Shown piece after piece: positions 61,471 through 64,000 of a stretch of 64,000 nt of DNA. The position numbers and the translations under genes are program-made. Positions within the stretch are counted from its first letter, which is position 1. Each line of letters starts with the position of its first letter. The notes beneath the pieces are model-generated. The model saw only the letters and a list, made by a program, of their open reading frames with translations, was not told where the DNA came from and did not search any database. Source of the stretch: Takakia lepidozioides (taxonomy: Eukaryota; Plantae; Bryophyta); assembly GCA_030704615.1 (NCBI GenBank), contig CM060732.1, positions 7,750,001-7,814,000 on the forward strand, in the 5' to 3' direction.

Positions 61471-62440
61471 ATGAGTTACTTGCTGCAAAACCTGACCAAG
61501 AAGGAGGAGGTGGACGAATTAATCGGTAACATGATTGACAAAGTGTTGGTGTTTCGATTTGGTCGTGCCACCGAAGTTGTGTGCATGCAGCTGGATGAAA
61601 TAGTAAGTGTTTTCTCCATACTTCGTATCTTTCCGATTTTGTGGGTTTATTTATGCTTCTAGTTGCCTAGTTTATGAAGATTGTGTGTGTGGCTGGGAGC
61701 AGCTTGCAAAGTCACCGAGAGAAGTGTCTAAGTTCGCGTCAATAGGGTTAGTGGACGTGGATGCCGCAGAGATTCAAGTGTATGTGAAGTACTTCGATAT
61801 CACTCTCATTCCTGCTACCATCCTCTTCTTCAATGCCCAGCACATGAAGATGGATTCTGCCCCACTCCTTCCATTCACGAATTCTGCCACCCTCCCCAAA
61901 AAAAAATTCTTTTTTGACGGTGGTGTGCTGTTTCTTAACATTCCTTTACGTTGAACTTAACGAACTGACACAACGCTCTTTCTTTATGTTTCTGTCAGCA
62001 TTCCAATTACTTCCAAATTTGTCTATCCTCCCTTTTTGTATCGACCTTATGTAAATTTTGCGTGCTTGCATATTAACATGTTTTAACTTAGCAAGTCCTT
62101 TGGCTGTCATTACAGCAGCCCTGATCACACAAAGTGGATCGGAGCTTTTCACAGCAAGCAAGATTTTATAGACGTGGTGGAGGTAAAGCCTTCCCTGAGC
62201 AATTTGTTGGGATTACTCATTAAAGCCTAGTGGAAGAAAAGAAGAGAACTGAGAGGAGGCAATCGCCAGTGATATGATGTCGGTTTTTCTGAGTTGACAT
62301 ATACTGCACATATTTACAACATGTGCATGTTTTCCACATTGCAGACCATCTTCAGGGGAGCGATGAGGGGGAAGATGATTGTGACATGCCCTCTACCACC
62401 TGAGAGTGTACCAAAGTTTCAGCTTTACAAGGACATATAG
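61471..62440 (+). CDS. TXNL4B: Thioredoxin-like U5 snRNP protein DIM1B/TXNL4B (exon-2 donor missing)
   Basis: Exons 61471-61602, 61703-~61859, 62116-62182, 62345-62440: MSYLL...VLVFRFGR...CMQLDEI, YFDITLIPAT..FNAQHMKMDS, PDHTKWIGAF.SKQDFIDVVE, IFRGAMRGK.IVTCPLP. Confidence 0.85.
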
Positions 62441-62646
62441 CTGTTTGTTTCATTACTTTTGCAAAGACCTAACAAATGAGTTCGAATCCTGGCTATAGAT
62501 AGGAGTCTCCTCTTACCTTCATAATAAGGAGGATGCACAGTTAATAGGAAGTGATAAGATGTGCTCAAAGGAAAGGACACCACCTATTGTGCCTGTAGAA
62601 TCCCAAATTCATGTTGAACCTAACTCATACTGATATAGACTAAGAC

Positions 62647-62649
<3 letters not shown>

Positions 62650-62733
<84 letters not shown>
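62650..62733. repeat. (GA)n microsatellite
   Basis: About 42 GA units. Confidence 0.95.
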
Positions 62734-62737
<4 letters not shown>

Positions 62738-64000
62738 TCAATGCTGCCGATTTCAAAGTTTGCAAATGGATGCATCACCTATCGAGATGCAGATACCACA
62801 TTACTAAACTTCCTCCAGTGCTCTGGTGTGTCCACCCTCCACTGCATCACTTATTTTGTCCTTGTGCCTATCCAAATTTTAGTAGATAAGGCTAAACTGA
62901 CTTCATCTGGGCCTTTTGCACTGTGGCCGAGAGATGATGGTACCTTATTGCTTGGTAGGTGGCCAGGAATACAAATGAAACCTGTACACAGACCTAATTA
63001 GCATACCAAGGCAACATGATGTGTTTGAAGAGGATTTAATGAGAGGCAACAAATATGGCTCATCGCATAATCGAAGACATCAGAAGACTGACTGCAATCC
63101 CACTTCTAGAATTTGCGTATTCTGGCCATGTCAGGTTTGGTGATATTTACATGTAAGACGTTAGACTCTCGCCGAATGGTTTGTGACCACCGGTGCCAAA
63201 ATGTTCACACTTCACACTACATTCCCTACGGCATGGAATTTAATCCTGCATTTTTTTGTGAGCATGAAAAGTTTCGGCCACCTTTGCCAAGTAGGAAATA
63301 AAATGACCGCAAATATGTTCATATTTCCAAAATGGCTAAGCTAAGGGCCTCTTTAGAGTACTAACCCGAAGACCAAATAAGGAGGTTTGGGGTATGGTGT
63401 TTACCCCTGCACAATTGCTTTCTTTTGTAAGCTAGGACCTTGTGTTGTCATGCCAGATGCAACCGCCAAGCCCCACACATTCTTGGAAGTACAAGGAATC
63501 TCAAATTTCTTGTAGGTACCCCACCCCTCCCTTATTGGATTTTCAATTTGGTTGTAGGACCCCTGTAGTCTGAAGAGGCCCTCAATAACCTGTATCATGA
63601 GCTCATATCAATTTCTCGTCATGTAGTTATTCAATTGTAGGTACCAGTGAATAAGATAAGCCCCCCAAGTTTGTGTGGGCTCTGAGGATTAGAGGATGAT
63701 TCAAGAATTAGAAAAGGAGGGAATGGAAAGAGCAAAAGGGGCTTTGGGCGAGAAAGGGGGGTGCAGAAAAATAGGAAGGAAAGTGTAAGCAAGATTCAAT
63801 TAAGGATGGTTGATGGACATAGAGCCGGTGGGAACAGCCGATAGAGAGGGAGATCATCCGGGGTATAGTGGAGGGATGGATGCAGCCATAAGAGAAAGAC
63901 GTGTGCAGGTCCAAGGTTTGAGAATCATCTGGCAGCGCCTGCCGGTGCAGCAACAACGTTGAGGGCTAATGCTATTTAGAGGGGGTGAGTACACGGGGGC

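Noticed and set aside
62648-63001. RE-repeat protein ORF
   Set aside because: Translation of the (GA)n microsatellite.
63300-64000. Possible LINE remnant at the window end
   Set aside because: No diagnostic motif could be read with confidence.

Overview
Eukaryotic, intron-rich land-plant DNA (PLS-E-DYW PPR genes and a chromovirus point to a non-seed plant, which is inference), dominated by nested transposons. Intact-looking host gene: a 4-exon subgroup IVa bHLH (2959-5345). Damaged host genes: a DHAR-like GST split by a 17-kb insertion, and a DIM1B/TXNL4B gene with one missing splice donor. The centrepiece is an 11,049-bp Mutator-like element (20489-31537, 9-bp TSD CTTTGAGAC) inside the RT of a young Gypsy chromovirus (17797-34860, TSD GCAAC). 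Besides a GCM-like/DDE/SWIM transposase, it carries a divergent 9-exon cargo gene fusing a ParB/Sulfiredoxin-like domain (DGNHR) to a beta-class N6-A/N4-C DNA methyltransferase-like domain. It also holds 17 copies of a 26-bp palindrome (TCAACCTTGCGT-YR-ACGCAAGGTTGA): 11 in two cargo-gene introns and 6 phased exactly 42 bp apart near the right end. This suggests a transposon-encoded protein-plus-site system for self-recognition or epigenetic marking. Also present: remnants of a PHD- and C5-methyltransferase-bearing Gypsy family, inverted 181-bp satellite arrays beside a CACTA end, a truncated Copia, a LINE, MITEs, SINEs, and two related Helitron-like units mixing PPR-DYW, INO80, CYP72-clan P450 and DPB4 fragments. 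All domain calls are by eye from motifs; no database searches were run.
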